DNA of 64,000 nucleotides, taken from Camelus dromedarius. Taxonomy: Eukaryota. Shown here piece after piece: positions 1 through 13,294 of this stretch. The DNA lies in assembly GCF_036321535.1 (NCBI RefSeq), contig NC_087436.1, forward strand, positions 65,908,001 through 65,972,000, in the 5' to 3' direction. Positions within the stretch are counted from its first letter, which is position 1. Each line of letters starts with the position of its first letter. The translations under genes and the position numbers were made by a program. The notes below the pieces were generated by a model. That model saw only the letters and a list, made by a program, of their open reading frames with translations, did not search any database and was not told the origin of the DNA.

Positions 1-123
1 AAAATTTAGGATTAAAGCTTCTTGACATTGGTTTGGGCAATGATTCTTTGGCTATGACATCAAAAGCACAGGCAACAAAATTAAAAATGGGCAAGTGGGT
101 TTTTGCATCCAACTATAAAGCTT
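1..123 (+). mobile_element. L1 ORF2 fragment, cut by window edge
   Basis: cttcttgacattggtttgggcaatgattctttggctatgacatcaaaagcacaggcaacaaaa matches the recalled L1 ORF2 3' region. Confidence 0.85.
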
Positions 124-159
124 CCATCCCCTAGACTGTTGAGTCATGCTATCTAGCTA

Positions 160-430
160 TCTAATCTTCAGATATATTTATCTATTAGGCATCTCAAACT
201 AAATGTGTCTAAAATTAACTCCTGTTTCCACAAACCTCTACATTCTACTGATCTCACATACTTCGTTTTAACAAATCTTTCACTTCTTACAGAGCAACAC
301 AAAAATAATCAGAGTTATCATTTACTTCTATTTACACACACCACTTTAACCCACATTCAACATATCAGCAAAGTCTATTGGCCTCACCTTTAAAATGTGT
401 CCAAAATATAAGCTTCTTAAATTTTCCCAT
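160..430 (+). mobile_element. L2 LINE fragment
   Basis: aggcatctcaaactaaatgtgtctaaaatt...ccacattcaacatatcagcaaagtctattggcctcacctttaaaatg, typical degraded L2. Confidence 0.75.
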
Positions 431-1724
431 TGCTAAATACTTGCATTATCAATATTGGACAACTTGACTCTATTTTCTCTAGGAAATTTTCCAACTGCAT
501 ATACTGTATCTTACAACTAGTGGTGACACAAACCTCCTGTACCTTAGTTTTAGCTGCTTTTGGAAGATGAGTGCCTACCTTTTGTGGTATCTTCTAGGTT
601 TTCCAAAGGCAATTTTATATGTGTTGCCTTGATTGTCTCATATCAGACTATTTCAAATATGAATGCTACTCTCCAAATCTACCAAAATTAAGCCATTTTC
701 ATATGAAACTATTAAGAAAAATAAACACAGAAAATATGATTTTTTTTTTTTTTTTTTGCCTTAGAATGGTAGTGTATTTTTTGGTGTTTGTCAATCAAGA
801 AGTAACCTGAAATTTAATAGTAACAAATGGGCAAAGCTTCATCCCTGTGTTTGCTCTTTTTTTTTTTTTCTTTTTCTTTTGATTCCTCTCTTTTTGGACA
901 CTCTTACTTTGGTGCTTTGTTTCTCTAATTTGCATATATATTCTACTTTATTTCACTCCTGAATTTCAATTCACCCATAGGGAACACACTAATATTTATT
1001 TGAATGTTTAATGTCTATCTTGCCATTTAAAATACATTTTTAAGAGTGAGTCTGACCTAAATTTGAATTGTAGTCTGAAGATATGCTTCATTTTTACTGT
1101 TTAATTTCTATACCTCCTTAATTAGCCACATAATCCAGAGAACTTGTAGAGCCCTTAAAATTAGTTACATTTTAATTTGAAATTTGGGTTTAAGATCTGA
1201 TGAAGTCGATAGATTTTATTTTGTTTGAAATCAAGTTACTACACTTCAGTTACAAAATATTAATACTTAAATTTTAATAAAATTCATTTTTAATATCTTG
1301 AACATAGAAATAAAGTTATTTTTGAGATAGGAAGCGCATGAATAAAAGAAGCCTAGTGTTTATTCCATAGCCCAAACAAATTTCATCAGATCAGAATTTT
1401 TAGAGCAAATGGAAATACCAGGAGTGGAAACTACATTAAAAAAGAATTCTGTGAGGCACGGATGTGTGAATAGCAGAAAATGCTGTTTTGTTGTCCAGAT
1501 GGCTTAATATATTAGTTTTGGAGAAACAGAGTTCCTAAATTTCTGTGGACAACAGACTGAGGTTCTGACATACTTAATATTTAACTTAACCTAATGTTAA
1601 ATTGTCATATTTACGATTCGGAAGTTTTTTATAACAAGGAAGTGTCAACAAGGGCAATGCTTCAGACTTTTCATAGAGAACACCAGAATTGGTGAGGCAG
1701 CCTCTTTATGTACCTTTAAGTGTT

Positions 1725-2727
1725 GTGTTAGTTTACAAGGGCTGCCCTAACAAAGTACCACAAACTGAGTGGCTTAAAATGCAAAAGTGTGTCGTCTCTC
1801 AGTTATGGAGGCTAGAAGTCTGAGGTCAAGATGTCTGCAAGGTTGCTTATTCCTGAGGGCTGTGAGGGAGAATATGTACTATGACTCTCTCCTAGCTTCT
1901 GGTTTTCTGGCAATCTTCCATGGTCCTTGACTTGTTGCATCACCCCATCTCTTCTTTCATGTCTGAATGGTGTTCTCCCTGTACTTAAACGCCTAAATTT
2001 TCTCTTTTTTAAAGATGCCAGTAATACTGTGTTTTGGGCCCACCTTCATCCAGCATACCCTAATCTTAACCAATTACATCTGCAACAACCCTACTTCCAA
2101 GTAAGCACCGAAGTTCAGAACCTCAACATATGAATTTTAAAATTATACAATTTGCAATGGTTAGCTTTATACATCAACTTGATTGGGTCACAAAGCGCCC
2201 AGATATTTGGTTAAACAGTATACTGGGTATGTCTATAAGGGTTTTGCTAGATAAAATTAGCATTTAATTGGTAGACAGTAAAGCAGATTGCTCTTCCCAA
2301 TGGGTGGGTTTTACCCAATACACTGAAAGCCAAAATAGAACTAAAGGTTGAGTACAGAAGAACTGTCTCTATCTGCCTGCCTATCTTCACTGGGGCATCA
2401 GTCTTTTCCTGCCTGTAGACTCACACTAGGACTGGAACTTACACCATGGATTCTCCTGGTTCTCAGGCCACTGGACTTGGACTAGAATTATACCGTTGGC
2501 TCTCCTGGGCATCCAACATACTGACTGTAGATATTGGGACTTCTCAGACTCTATAACCATATGAGCCACTTCCTTTTAGTAAGTAAATATGTGTGTGTCA
2601 ATTATTATTTGATTTGTGCACAAGTATGAGTGTGTGTGTGTTTGTGTGTGTAAATATACATATGTATACACTATCGATTGTCTTTCTTAGGAAAATACAG
2701 ACTAAAACACAATTCAACCTATAGTAT
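1725..2727 (-). mobile_element. MLT1 (MaLR) solo LTR, MLT1B/C-like, split by an MLT2 LTR
   Basis: gggctgccctaacaaagtaccacaaactgagtggcttaaaa...ggaggctagaagtctgaggtcaagatgtc; the terminal caattcaacctata resumes after 2709. Confidence 0.85.
2153..2709 (+). mobile_element. MLT2 (ERVL) solo LTR with 5-bp TSD CAATT
   Basis: TG..CA ends (tgcaatggttagctttatacatcaacttgattggg ... gactaaaaca); CAATT at 2148-2152 and 2710-2714. Confidence 0.9.
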
Positions 2728-4429
2728 GTGTCATGTACATGACATTTTGCCTCACAGTTAACGTTTTCCGATTAAAATTAGTATAATTTCACAGACTCTG
2801 TACCAGCAAAATAAATAAATGTGGGTAAGAACTCATGTAGGTATTTAGAATAAAGGCAAATTAACTATGAAGTTATGCTTTGAATTTCTCTTAGAGTGCA
2901 GTTTATTTTGCATGAAGAAACAGGCTAGCCTCATAGTTTGAGACAATTTATGCTCCTAATTCTGGAAGTACATGTCGAACATAAAATAAATTACACAACA
3001 AAAAATGCTGAATGAGTAAGTTTGAAATAAATAACAGTTTTAAGTAAAATAATAGTTTGGTAAACTATTCCTAATTAGAAAGTCCAAAATTATTGTGCTT
3101 GTAAGAAGACATCAGAATAATGATTAGTCCTTTTGGAAAAGGCTGTGGAAGAAATAAGACACAACTACATCATCTTTTAAACATCTGTGAAAAAAACTGT
3201 AAGTATTTTTACATAATAAAATCTATAAAAACCTAAGGTATGTGAGGGCTTACTTCAAACAAATATCATTTGTCTTCTTATACTGAAGCAACGATTTAGT
3301 TATACCCACAAACAAAAAAAGAATTATTTCTATATCACATCAAAATGATAAGTAGTTGTATTTTTTTAAACGTTTGCACAATGCACCATTACCCACATTA
3401 CTTTTCAGCTATTTTTTATTTTGTGTACATAGACTTCATATGATTGTTTACCACTAATAGTCTTCCAGAATTCATTTTTCACTGTGTATTGCTACAGTAC
3501 AGTTGAACCATCTTTAATATACTCAATAAACAACAAGATAATTTTTATTGTTTTCTTAGAAGATATTTTGTGAATGCTGACAGAAACTTTCTGATTGATA
3601 CTTTTAGAGAGGCATAAAATAGCACTTGTTCTAATAAAGGTCCAAATTCATCAGAGAGGAATTATTTTATCCATGTTAGTTGTGGAACCTTCTTATATTC
3701 ATGTAGTTTATTAAATTTCAAATTTTTAAAATATATTACCTCAACGGCAACTAAATCAAAACTAATAAAAGTTACATACAATGACTCTTCCATGCATCAT
3801 TTTTCTAAAATTGTGTAAAAGTTAGGTAAACATAACTTTTAAAAATCAACCTAGAATAAAGAGGCTTATTTTGTACCCAATTACTTATATGAAAAGGCTT
3901 TCTTGAAGGTGGTGAAAAACAAGTGGATAAAAAATGCCTTTTACCAAATGTTTCTCTTTACTGTTTCTAATGGGAGCTATATTTTTGTCTTTTCATACCT
4001 TTGGTGTTTTTTAATTGGCTGTCAGTGACATTTGCATGCATCTCAAGAATGCAAGGAACTGTCAAGCTCTCCTCCTTGAACTTAGGAAGAAATGGTTTCA
4101 TATAGAAGAAAAATTTAATAGATTAAGAATACAATAGTGCCTTCCTATAATTCTTCAGCAAAATTTTACATTGCTGCAGCCCCATTACAGAAGTACACAG
4201 AGGGCAGGAGCACACTGGTTGCTTTACAAAGCAACCAGTGAAAGCCATTATGAATGTTTTACCATCTTATTTAGTATTGTTTCCTTATTCTCCTCTTTCT
4301 GTTGAAGTTAATTATGATGTCTTTAGCTTTTCTTTGGCTATCCCCTCTACAGTTCCATATACACCTATTGCACATAATGTGAGCTAATACACTCAACTCT
4401 CATTTCAACACTCTTCTGAATTTAATTTT

Positions 4430-4925
4430 ATATAAAACTCATGCAGCCTTTGCATAAATGTTCATACAGCTCTATTCAAAACAGCCCCAAACTGGAAACC
4501 ACTCAGATGCCCTTCAACAGGTGAATGGTAAAACAGACTTCTGTACATCAGTATCATGAAATAGTACTCACTAATGTAAAGGAACAAGCAACAAATCAGA
4601 TGAATCACAAGGGTATTACACTAAGTGAAAAAGTGCCAATTCCAAAAGGTTACATACTGTAAGATTTTTAAATGACACACTTTTAGAAATGGAGAATAAA
4701 TTAGTGGGTGCCAAGAGTTATGAGCATGGTTAGTGGGTGGAGGTGGCTGTGGCTATAAAAGGGGATCACAAGGAAATTTTATGGTGATGGAAATGCTTTT
4801 TATCATTGTATCAATGTTAATATACTGGTTGTCTTATTGTATAGTTTTGCAGAATGTTATTGTGATACTCTGTAAAGGGTACACACAAATTTTTTACATT
4901 ATTTTTTACTACTGCATGTGAAAAT
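4430..4925 (+). mobile_element. L1MC-type 3' end
   Basis: ccccaaactggaaaccactcagatgcccttcaacaggtgaatgg...gtggctgtggctataaaagg...actgcatgtgaa. Confidence 0.85.
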
Positions 4926-4975
4926 TTCTGCAGATCAATTCCAAAGCGTGGGTAGGAGACTTTCCCTCTAACCAC

Positions 4976-5135
4976 TGAAACCGAGCAGGACCCTGTGGAG
5001 CACTCCTGAATATAAAAATCTTTCCTTGTCCCCCATTTCTTATTTGTAGGAAAATGCTTCAGCCTCCTAAACCTTCCTTGAGTACCAGGGTAGATTCAAA
5101 CGGTTGCTAATCAGGGAAGTACAGAAATGCAGAAA
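4976..5135 (+). mobile_element. Truncated ERV1-class LTR, 5' part
   Basis: Begins tgaaaccgagcaggaccctg, nearly the same as the terminus of the LTR at 8306-8929 (tggaactgagcaggaccctg on the minus strand). Confidence 0.65.
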
Positions 5136-5359
5136 TAGATGAACTTGCCTTTAGAAACAGCTCCTTTATGTAATATTATACATTAAAATATTCAGAAATA
5201 AGAATTTGAGGAGATAACATAGTTTTGATAGTGGTTTGAAGATGTTCAATTAGTATTAAAGTTATTTAGTTAAAGAAAAACTAAAAGGAGAAAATGTTAA
5301 AAGTATGAGAATTAAGTCCATAATGTGATTATAATAATGATAATAAGAGTATAGCAACA

Positions 5360-5540
5360 ACAATAACGTATATTACCATATTTTAATGATTATGATGCAT
5401 CACATACTGTACTGGAGCTTCAAACATATTATCCTATTTACTCAGTAATAATCCAGTGATATAGGCACTATTGTCACCATATTTCAAAGGACAAAACATA
5501 GACTAAAAGAGATACTAAAGTATCTTACCACAGCAGGTTA
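5360..5540 (-). mobile_element. MIR SINE
   Basis: catattatcctatttactcagtaataatccagtgatataggcactattgtcaccatatttcaaagg...aaacatagact resembles the MIR core. Confidence 0.65.
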
Positions 5541-5804
5541 TCATAGAGCAAGTGTTTATTATAAAGCTCATGTGGCTTCAATTGTAATATTGAGAAGGTC
5601 AAATTTAGTGGTCAAAATAATAAGATTTTTAGTTTTAAACACTATAACATATATATCAATGGCTGAGAAAAATTTTTTTGCTCATGCATTTTAGTATAGG
5701 TCTGGTAGAGTATAGGTCTGATGCTAACAGCACCAAAATTTTGATATGCATATCCCAATAATGGAAAAAAAAGAAACTTACGAATGAATAACTTAAAAAA
5801 TTCA

Positions 5805-6625
5805 CATTTATTGAGGTCCAATTTACATCAGATATAATTTAGCATTTTTAGATGTACAATTCTATGAGTTTTGGTAAATATATCCAATCAATTAACTACC
5901 ACTACAATTGAGATAGAGAAGTTTCATTAGCCCCCAAAAGTTCCCTCATTCTGTTTTTTTAATATATTCCTTACTTCTAATCCCAGCCCCTGATAAGCAC
6001 TATTAGGATTTCTATTCCAGTAGTTTTTTATTTAACTATTTTTATTATGTCATATAAATTGAATCATACAGTAAATAGCTATTAATGTCTTTGTTTTTTC
6101 ACTTAGCATAATATTTTGAGATTCAACCATGTTGTTGCATGCATTTCATTTATTTACATTTTTGAGTAGTATTTCATTATATGGATATCATTATATGGAT
6201 TCACCAGAATTTCATTATCTGTTCACCCCTCATTGGACATCAATATTATTTCCAAGTTTTGGTGATTATGAATAAAGCCACTGTAAATAAACATCCACAC
6301 ACAGAATTGTGTGGATATATAATCATCAAAATATCTATTATTAGTCATCCATGGCCCCTTTCTTTGTTTATGTGTCCATTCAACTTTATGACATTTTCAC
6401 TTGGTGGTTTGTCTTATTATTGAGTTATAAGAGTTCTTTATATATTCTAAATACAAGCCCATTATCAAATAAGTGTTTAGAATTATTTTTCTCTGAGTCT
6501 GTGGTTTGCCTTTTTGATTTTCTTAATAATAGCTTTTGACTATTAAAAGTTTTTATAAAATCCACCTATCTTTTTAGAAAATTTTATGATTCATGCATTT
6601 TGTGTCCTATTGAAAGATTATTTCT
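5805..6625 (-). mobile_element. L1MB/ME-type 3' end
   Basis: tttattgaggtccaatttacat...gtacaattctatgagttttgg...ttttcacttagcataatattttgagattcaaccatgttgttgcatg. Confidence 0.85.
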
Positions 6626-7609
6626 TAGCTGAGGAAAGAATGTCTAATTTACTATTTAATCCAATTATTAAGTTTTATTTAAACAATTAATATTTTACTT
6701 CCATTACTTCAAATCTTTAAAGAAAAAATAACTGGCACTTCCTAATCAGTATTTTTAGAAGTTTTTATTCTACATTATATAGCTAATAACTCCAAAAATT
6801 AATGTCATTTGTACATCTAAATTTATTTTTATTTCTACATTTTTTCAATTATGTTGTTTTGCTTTCTAATGCCTTCTCTTGATTCTTCCTTTATTTAGTG
6901 TTCTCTATGACAATTTTGCAAAGTAGGGAAGCCATCCTCAAGATAAGATTTTCTGATACTTATGCAGGATACAACCCTATCTCAGAATCACTTTGTACTT
7001 CCTTTAGAATTTATGTTCTGAACCTAAAATGTAGATTAAGTTTCCTCATCTGACTTCTATTTCAAGATCGGACATTCACAAAGATATGTGTCTATAGGAA
7101 TTCATCTATATCCTTATCAATATGATACTTTGTAAGATAACTACTAGTGCATTTCCCCTTAATTATATAAGTTTACCAGTATTTACATAGAGGAATTTAT
7201 TCGAAATTATAACTCAAGGTAGGAGATGTCCAATGAAACAATCTGAGTAAACATAATCAAAAGTGATGATCAAAAATCTGATGAAATATATGTCATAAAT
7301 TTATATATATAACAAATATATATCCTAGTTTATTCTAGTACTCTTAAATATCTACTTAAAATTAAAAAAATATTTTATCCAAAATCTCTAGGGTTCATAA
7401 TAAGATTTTATGATGGCCAACCATCTTGTTGAAAATAGGAAGTGTCAGAGGAGAGTTAAGTAACTATTAAAAACATCATGAGTTTGTCTCCATGGTGCTC
7501 TTCTGCAAAAGATTAAATAGTCTAAAAGACAGAATTATCTATGCTATTCTGCTATATCTGAGACCAAGACTATGTTAATAGAAAGTTGAGACTGTCAATT
7601 TCATGTTTC

Positions 7610-8300
7610 ACTATAACAGGCTATAGCATTCAGAGTCCACTAAGGTAAAATAAAACACAACAAATATTTGATTGGAGAAATTGTAATATAAAGAATTGTA
7701 AACTAGTTTTAAATTTCTTAAATAAGAAATTTAAAGTGTAAAAAGAGTACTTTAAAGTCTATCACTAGAGTAATATCTGCAGGAAGCGGCTACTACCCCT
7801 ACTACTGAAGGAACAAAAAGAAGAGGCTATAATTATTAAAATGTAGAGAGTTAGAAGAGAGGCCCTGTGGAACCTAAAGGCAGACCTCTGAAGAAGGAGC
7901 ACAGCTCAACTGGTACTAACATCTCTGACTTCTGAAAAGGAGCCCTGTAGCAGGTCACTGGTTGGATGATAAGGTGTTTAGAGGTGAAGGAAAGCAGAAT
8001 GAAACTAACTTTTCAAATGTTGTGTAAACTGCAAACTGGATTCAAGTACTACAACGTGAAGGGACTTCTGATGGTAGAGTGAAGAAGTGCTGCTGGGGTG
8101 ATGCTCACGCGCAAACAAATAGGAAACCCACAGGAAACAGACTGAAAGAAGGAAGTACTTTTAGTATCTGCCACCGTCTGTTGACCAAGCCCAACACAGA
8201 TTGGCTGGCAAAGTTGAAATGTGGTTTCTAGCACCAATGTTCACTTAAAAGCTTAGTATAGAAGGGTTAGTTTAAAGCTTAAAGGCATGACTAGCACCCT
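7610..8300 (-). mobile_element. Ancient ERVL-class LTR, probable 3' LTR of the internal relic at 8935-9860
   Basis: LTR-like purine-rich sequence (gctactacccctactactgaagg) similar to 49935-50400, adjoining ERVL internal sequence; family not identified. Confidence 0.5.
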
Positions 8301-8305
8301 TTGGC

Positions 8306-8929
8306 TGTTACCTAACCAAACTTGGGTCTGCTTGCCCAAGTGCAGTAAAACCAATTTATTGTCACCAGGTTGTATTAAGGAAAAGTACAGTGTTTACTGC
8401 AAAGTGTTTAATGTAAGGCCAAGTAAGGAGAAGGGACAGTTCATGTTCAAAAACCTGAACTCCATGATGGCTTTCAGGGAACAGTTTTTAAAGGCAAGAT
8501 TAAGGAGAGGGTTGCAGGGTGCTTAATCAGCTCGTGTACGTCCTTCTGATTTGTTGGTGAGGTAATATTGTGGTGTTTCAGGAGTTGACATCATCAACCT
8601 TCTGGTTCCAACCAGTCTGGAGTCTATGTGCTTGTGGTCAGCACGTGGTTAACTTTTTCCACTGGTGGGGGTTTCAGTATCTGCAAAACAACTCAAGGAT
8701 ATGGCTCAGAATATTATCTATAACCCTTGAGGAGGAAGTAAAGTCCTGGACTTTAATTTCTGACTAAACTATTATTATTTTGTCTTATTGACTGTTTTTT
8801 GTTTGTTTCTGTATTTTTTCACTTTGATTAAATTTTTCTCTTTGGAACTTGGGGAAGATGGTGGGGCAGGGGGTAGCAGAGGGTTGGGTCTGTTCTTGGG
8901 AAGACCTTGCAGGGTCCTGCTCAGTTCCA
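8306..8929 (-). mobile_element. ERV1-class solo LTR (MER41-related 3' end)
   Basis: TG..CA ends (tgttacctaaccaaacttggg ... gggtcctgctcagttcca); 4-bp TSD tggc/tggt with one mismatch. Confidence 0.85.
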
Positions 8930-8934
8930 TGGTT

Positions 8935-9128
8935 AAAAAATATATAAATACACTCTTCCATGTTTAAATTTCCAAGAAACAACAAAGAAGTTTCATTTCC
9001 AACTTACTTTGCTATTGCCTTTCTACAAATGAAGATACTCTTTCCCTCTCCCTAAAATGAGGAGATGCAAAATCTCAATATGGATGAATGGATAGATAGA
9101 TAATGGATATCAATATAAATTTGAATTG

Positions 9129-9165
<37 letters not shown>

Positions 9166-9860
9166 AGCACATAAAAATCAAGGAAGACAATACACATACT
9201 GCTACTGTCCTCACTACTATAGATGATCACAAGGTTACTATCACATAACTAGTATCCCTAACTTTCTTCTTTTTTGTTCCATTCCTCATTTCCTTTACCT
9301 CTGACCATAATCTGGCATGATCTCATCAGGTTAAGGAGTTTTGTTTTGCTTAGGTATTTATGTATGCATTCATGCATACATGCATGTATGTATGTATTAG
9401 ATTTCTGAGTGGCCCAAAATTTCATACCTGAAGTTCTGACATTTCTTGATTTGGTTGCTGTTAACTTTGCTACTAGATACGGGAATAGTAAAAGGTGCTT
9501 CTCAAACCCTTGGATTGTAGACATTGTCCCAGTCACTATTTTTGTATGCAATCTAATTTCATCTTGTTAATCAAAATCTATCATCCCATTCAATAGAAAA
9601 CAACGTTCTTTGCCTCTTGGTTCAGTGGCATGAAGAGCCTAAAATGTCCAAGTGTAAATGTCATTTACAATTCAATATGATCACTGTTGTGAAAACACTA
9701 TTCTCTTGGTCAACAAGACCTCCAGCAAGGAGAACTCAAAGTAGCAGATATGGAAAGCAAAAATTTTACAAATGAGTAAACCTGTACAGGTAAGATAGTG
9801 AGAGGAGCCATTCCCAGCTCCATCCCATGATTCTCAATCCTATACCCTGTGCTCTTCCTT
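8935..9860 (-). mobile_element. ERVL internal relic with degraded dUTPase
   Basis: Minus-strand translation across frameshifts gives TTVIILNCK*..LGHFRLFMPLNQEAKNV..FLLNGMIDFD*QDEIRL, matching recalled ERVL dUTPase TTMIPLNWKLRLPPGHFGLLMPLNQQAKKGVTVLAGVIDPDYQGEIGL. Confidence 0.8.
9130..9161. repeat. (AT)n microsatellite
   Basis: About 15 perfect AT units. Confidence 0.95.
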
Positions 9861-10393
9861 TTAATTGCTCTACTAACTTTAGCTCATTTATTTTTCAAAG
9901 TAATTATACAACCAAATACAGGCTAAAAAAATGAATAAAAGTAAAACTCCCACCACACCCTATCTTATTATGCCACCATTATTCATCTGGAAAATTCCTC
10001 ATCATTAGACATTTTTTCATTATTATACTCATATGGTCCTGCACATACTTTTGTTTTTAAATGCATGTTTTATATGTCTGTCTACCAAACTAGACAAAAA
10101 AATGTTTGTTTTTGGAGCCCCTTATCCTGAGCACAGGCATACTGTTATTTTCTGGGTTGCTTCTTTCTCCTTCCCCTCCCCTTGCCTGGTACTCATTTCC
10201 ATCTAACTGCCTAACAGTGGCAGTGGTAGATTCTCCTTCTCCTCCTCCTTCTTCCTTTTCCTTTGTTTTGGTTGTTGCTCTTTTCCATGCTTATGATTGT
10301 TACTCAATTGACTTCATTTCTTTGTATATCTGTATCAGTAGTGTTTTACAATGACAAAGATACTACCTGGTGCTCTAATCATCATTTACTTAC

Positions 10394-10462
10394 CTCTGTA
10401 GGAACCAGTTTAGTTCCACACTGCCTTTCCAGGAAGTAACTTTTTATTAAAGATGACAATGT
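10394..10462 (-). other. Candidate 69-nt exon (unverified)
   Basis: Acceptor catttcttttAG and donor GAG|GTAAGTA; one open frame, TLSSLIKSYFLERQCGTKLVPTE; peptide not recognised. Confidence 0.2.
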
Positions 10463-11264
10463 CTAAAAGAAATGTCTTTTTAAGAGGTACTATCAGTTGC
10501 CCCAGTGAACGAACACATGTTAAGTAGCAACTCATACAAATACTTGAGTTCAGGTATGATTTCAGATAGCTACAGTGGACTGTGATTTACTGCAAACTGA
10601 TCCCAACACAAAGTAAACCTCTTTAGCTATTCTTTTATAATCAGTGCTTTCTCGGAAGGTTTGATATTATGTGAATCAAACATAGTTAGTCAATACTATA
10701 GCTTGTACATCCACTCTCTAATAACTTATGTTAAAGTTAATTTCCTGAACAGTTCAATAACTCAAATTTCTCTTCTTTGCTAGTTATGTTTCATGCTTCT
10801 CATGGATACCATGGCATATTTCTAATAGTGATGCATCAGAAAAGCAGGGGTAACTTGATATGTCATTCGATATGACTTTTACATTTTATCAGAAGATACT
10901 AAAATATATTTAATGCTTCTGGTTCCAATAAAGACACATTTTAGAAGTGTTATGTATCTTGCCTTTGGTTAAGTTGCCTCTTCTTAGCTGTTTATTTTCT
11001 TGTGACCATATGGTATTGAATCAATGGTGCTGGTTTGTTTGTTTTTTTTCATTTAAATGACATGTTCTGCAGTACAACACACCCATGATCTAAAGAAACA
11101 AACAGAGCTCATTTTCTAATAAACAGACTTTCAAAAGGATACAACCTGGCCACTGGTGGTATGATCTGAAATATTGCAGACTTTACCCAATATCTTGAAA
11201 TGAATAATACATTACAATGTAAAAAAACAACACCCACAACACCCAACTTTGTAGTGCAACTTTT

Positions 11265-11390
11265 GGTAATTCTATTCTAGATCTAGCTCTGCAGGGAAAT
11301 ATCCAGTTGTCCTTGGACAAGTGAAACAAGCTCTCAGTGGTTCACTTTCTTTAAATGCACATTAAGAAAATTGTCTCAGGTGATAGTTAA
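11265..11390 (+). mobile_element. MIR-family fragment
   Basis: ttgtccttggacaagtgaaacaagctctcagtggttcactttctttaaatg. Confidence 0.55.
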
Positions 11391-12964
11391 TATAGCCTGT
11401 GGAGAGCCACCTCTCCTGAATTTGAAATAACTCATTTTAAAGCATAATTTGTTAGGCTGAGTCTTTAAATTAATAATTGGCATATCAATTTTCTTTTATT
11501 TTAAGAAATGGAGCATGATGACAATGATTAAAAATAGTTCTTCTTTCAGGTCATGTCGAACCTCCATATAAATAGTTAACCACATTACAGAACATTATAC
11601 AAACTTTTCTTTCTCAGTCATCAAACTTCTGAAACAGTATATGACTTCAAACTGAAATCTTGGAACATGAAAAATATGTTGAAGTATGTGATCTCAAGCT
11701 GAACTCCTGGCATAGCTCTATCCACTCAAGCCCCTGCAAGTTTATGTAGAGGTATAAAAGAAAATGCTTCCCTCTACAAAAAAAAAAAAAAAAATTAGAG
11801 GAGATCTAGCAATGAAAATGAGGTTGCATAAAGTTTCAGGAACACAGTAAATAGATGGAATACAGAGATTCTGAAAAGGCAAGGGAAGAAAAGGAAGAGG
11901 AAGTCACAAGAGGAGAGGCTGGTGATTCTCTCTATTCACAGATAGGAGCTAGAAAGCTGGAATATCAATCAGAGATTGCAGTGGTCACCTGGCAAATGAG
12001 ACCCATGTTCATAAAAGAGAAAGACCAAGATAGTCTCAGTCTCTTCTCTCTCTGTTTCTCTCTCCACCCCACCCCACCCCCCCTCAGATCTTGCTGTGTG
12101 GCCCTAGGTGTGCTATGTAATTTCCAGGTCCTGTTAGTAATAGATTTTTATTTTTTCAAAGTTCCATAATGGTTACTGCTAAAGGGTGTCTTGCAATCGT
12201 AACAAGGCCCACAAGGGCCAGTCCACCCACAACACTGGCTATGGATATGTTGAGACCAGCACAAAACAAAGGCACAGACATTAATCTTTCGATTAAAACG
12301 ATTATATGTCATTCCTTCAGGCAAATACATCATTTCACATGTGACTGCCCCTCTTATGCAAACTCCAGTTCATTGATCTCATTCTTCACCAAGCAACTTA
12401 CTTAGTGCCCTCTTTTCTTTCATTACTAGATGTCTCTGACGAAGAGCCTGTTCACTAGTTCCTAACACAGCCTGCCTCTCTAACCCCTTAACTATCAGTC
12501 ATCTTCCTTTTAGTTCCATTATTCAACTGAATCTTCCTTCTCAAATGTCACCAACCAAAAATTATACCTCAGTTTCACTATCTCCAGTCCTAAAGTTCTG
12601 TAAGTATGTCTTCATGGATACATAAGAGGAGAATAATTTAAATAGTTCGTTGAAAATTAAACTATTAAATATTTTGCTAATATTGACATTCTGAAAAAAA
12701 ATCAAACCTGATGTTAAAAAGGGGATCTAAAATGTTATTAGAACATTTTGTTAGGAAAAACAGTATACCAAATAAGATCAATTGGTAACCATTTATTTTT
12801 CCTAAGAATGAATTTATGGTAACAATTATGTTGAGATGTCTCTAAATTTATAAATGAGATTCTCCTGTGTGTTCTCACTTTAAGAAATTTTATTGGCAAA
12901 CCTTGAACTTTCATCTTTGTGTATGAGCTCCTGAATCAAGCTGAACAGGGACATAACCCTGTTT

Positions 12965-13280
12965 AACTCTTCTTTGACTCTGTGTTACTCTTATATTAAA
13001 AGTAAAATCATTTACATGCTCTACAAAGTTGCTGCAATTTTCCACCTCCCTACTTTATCTTACATCAGCATATCCCTTAATCTTTGTACACCAGGACAAT
13101 TGTTTTTCTAGTTTTTCAAAAATACTATCTCCTTCCTGTCAATGATTTGTCACAGTGCCTTTTTCTTCTGCCCTTTCCCATGGCTAAGTAAATTCTGCTC
13201 AACTTTCAGAATTCAGTTTATATTTTATTTCCTCGGGAATGTCTAGTCTGACTTCTCCAGATCAGCTCTTTCTTACTTAT
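12965..13280 (+). mobile_element. L2 fragment
   Basis: Degraded L2 3' region (ttctgctcaactttcagaattcagtttatattttatttcctcgggaatg...ctgacttctccag). Confidence 0.6.
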
Positions 13281-13294
13281 ATTCTAAACACTAA

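Noticed and set aside
11145..11165. CTCF-like tggccactggtggta
   Set aside because: One base short of the core spacing and lacks the 3' GGC
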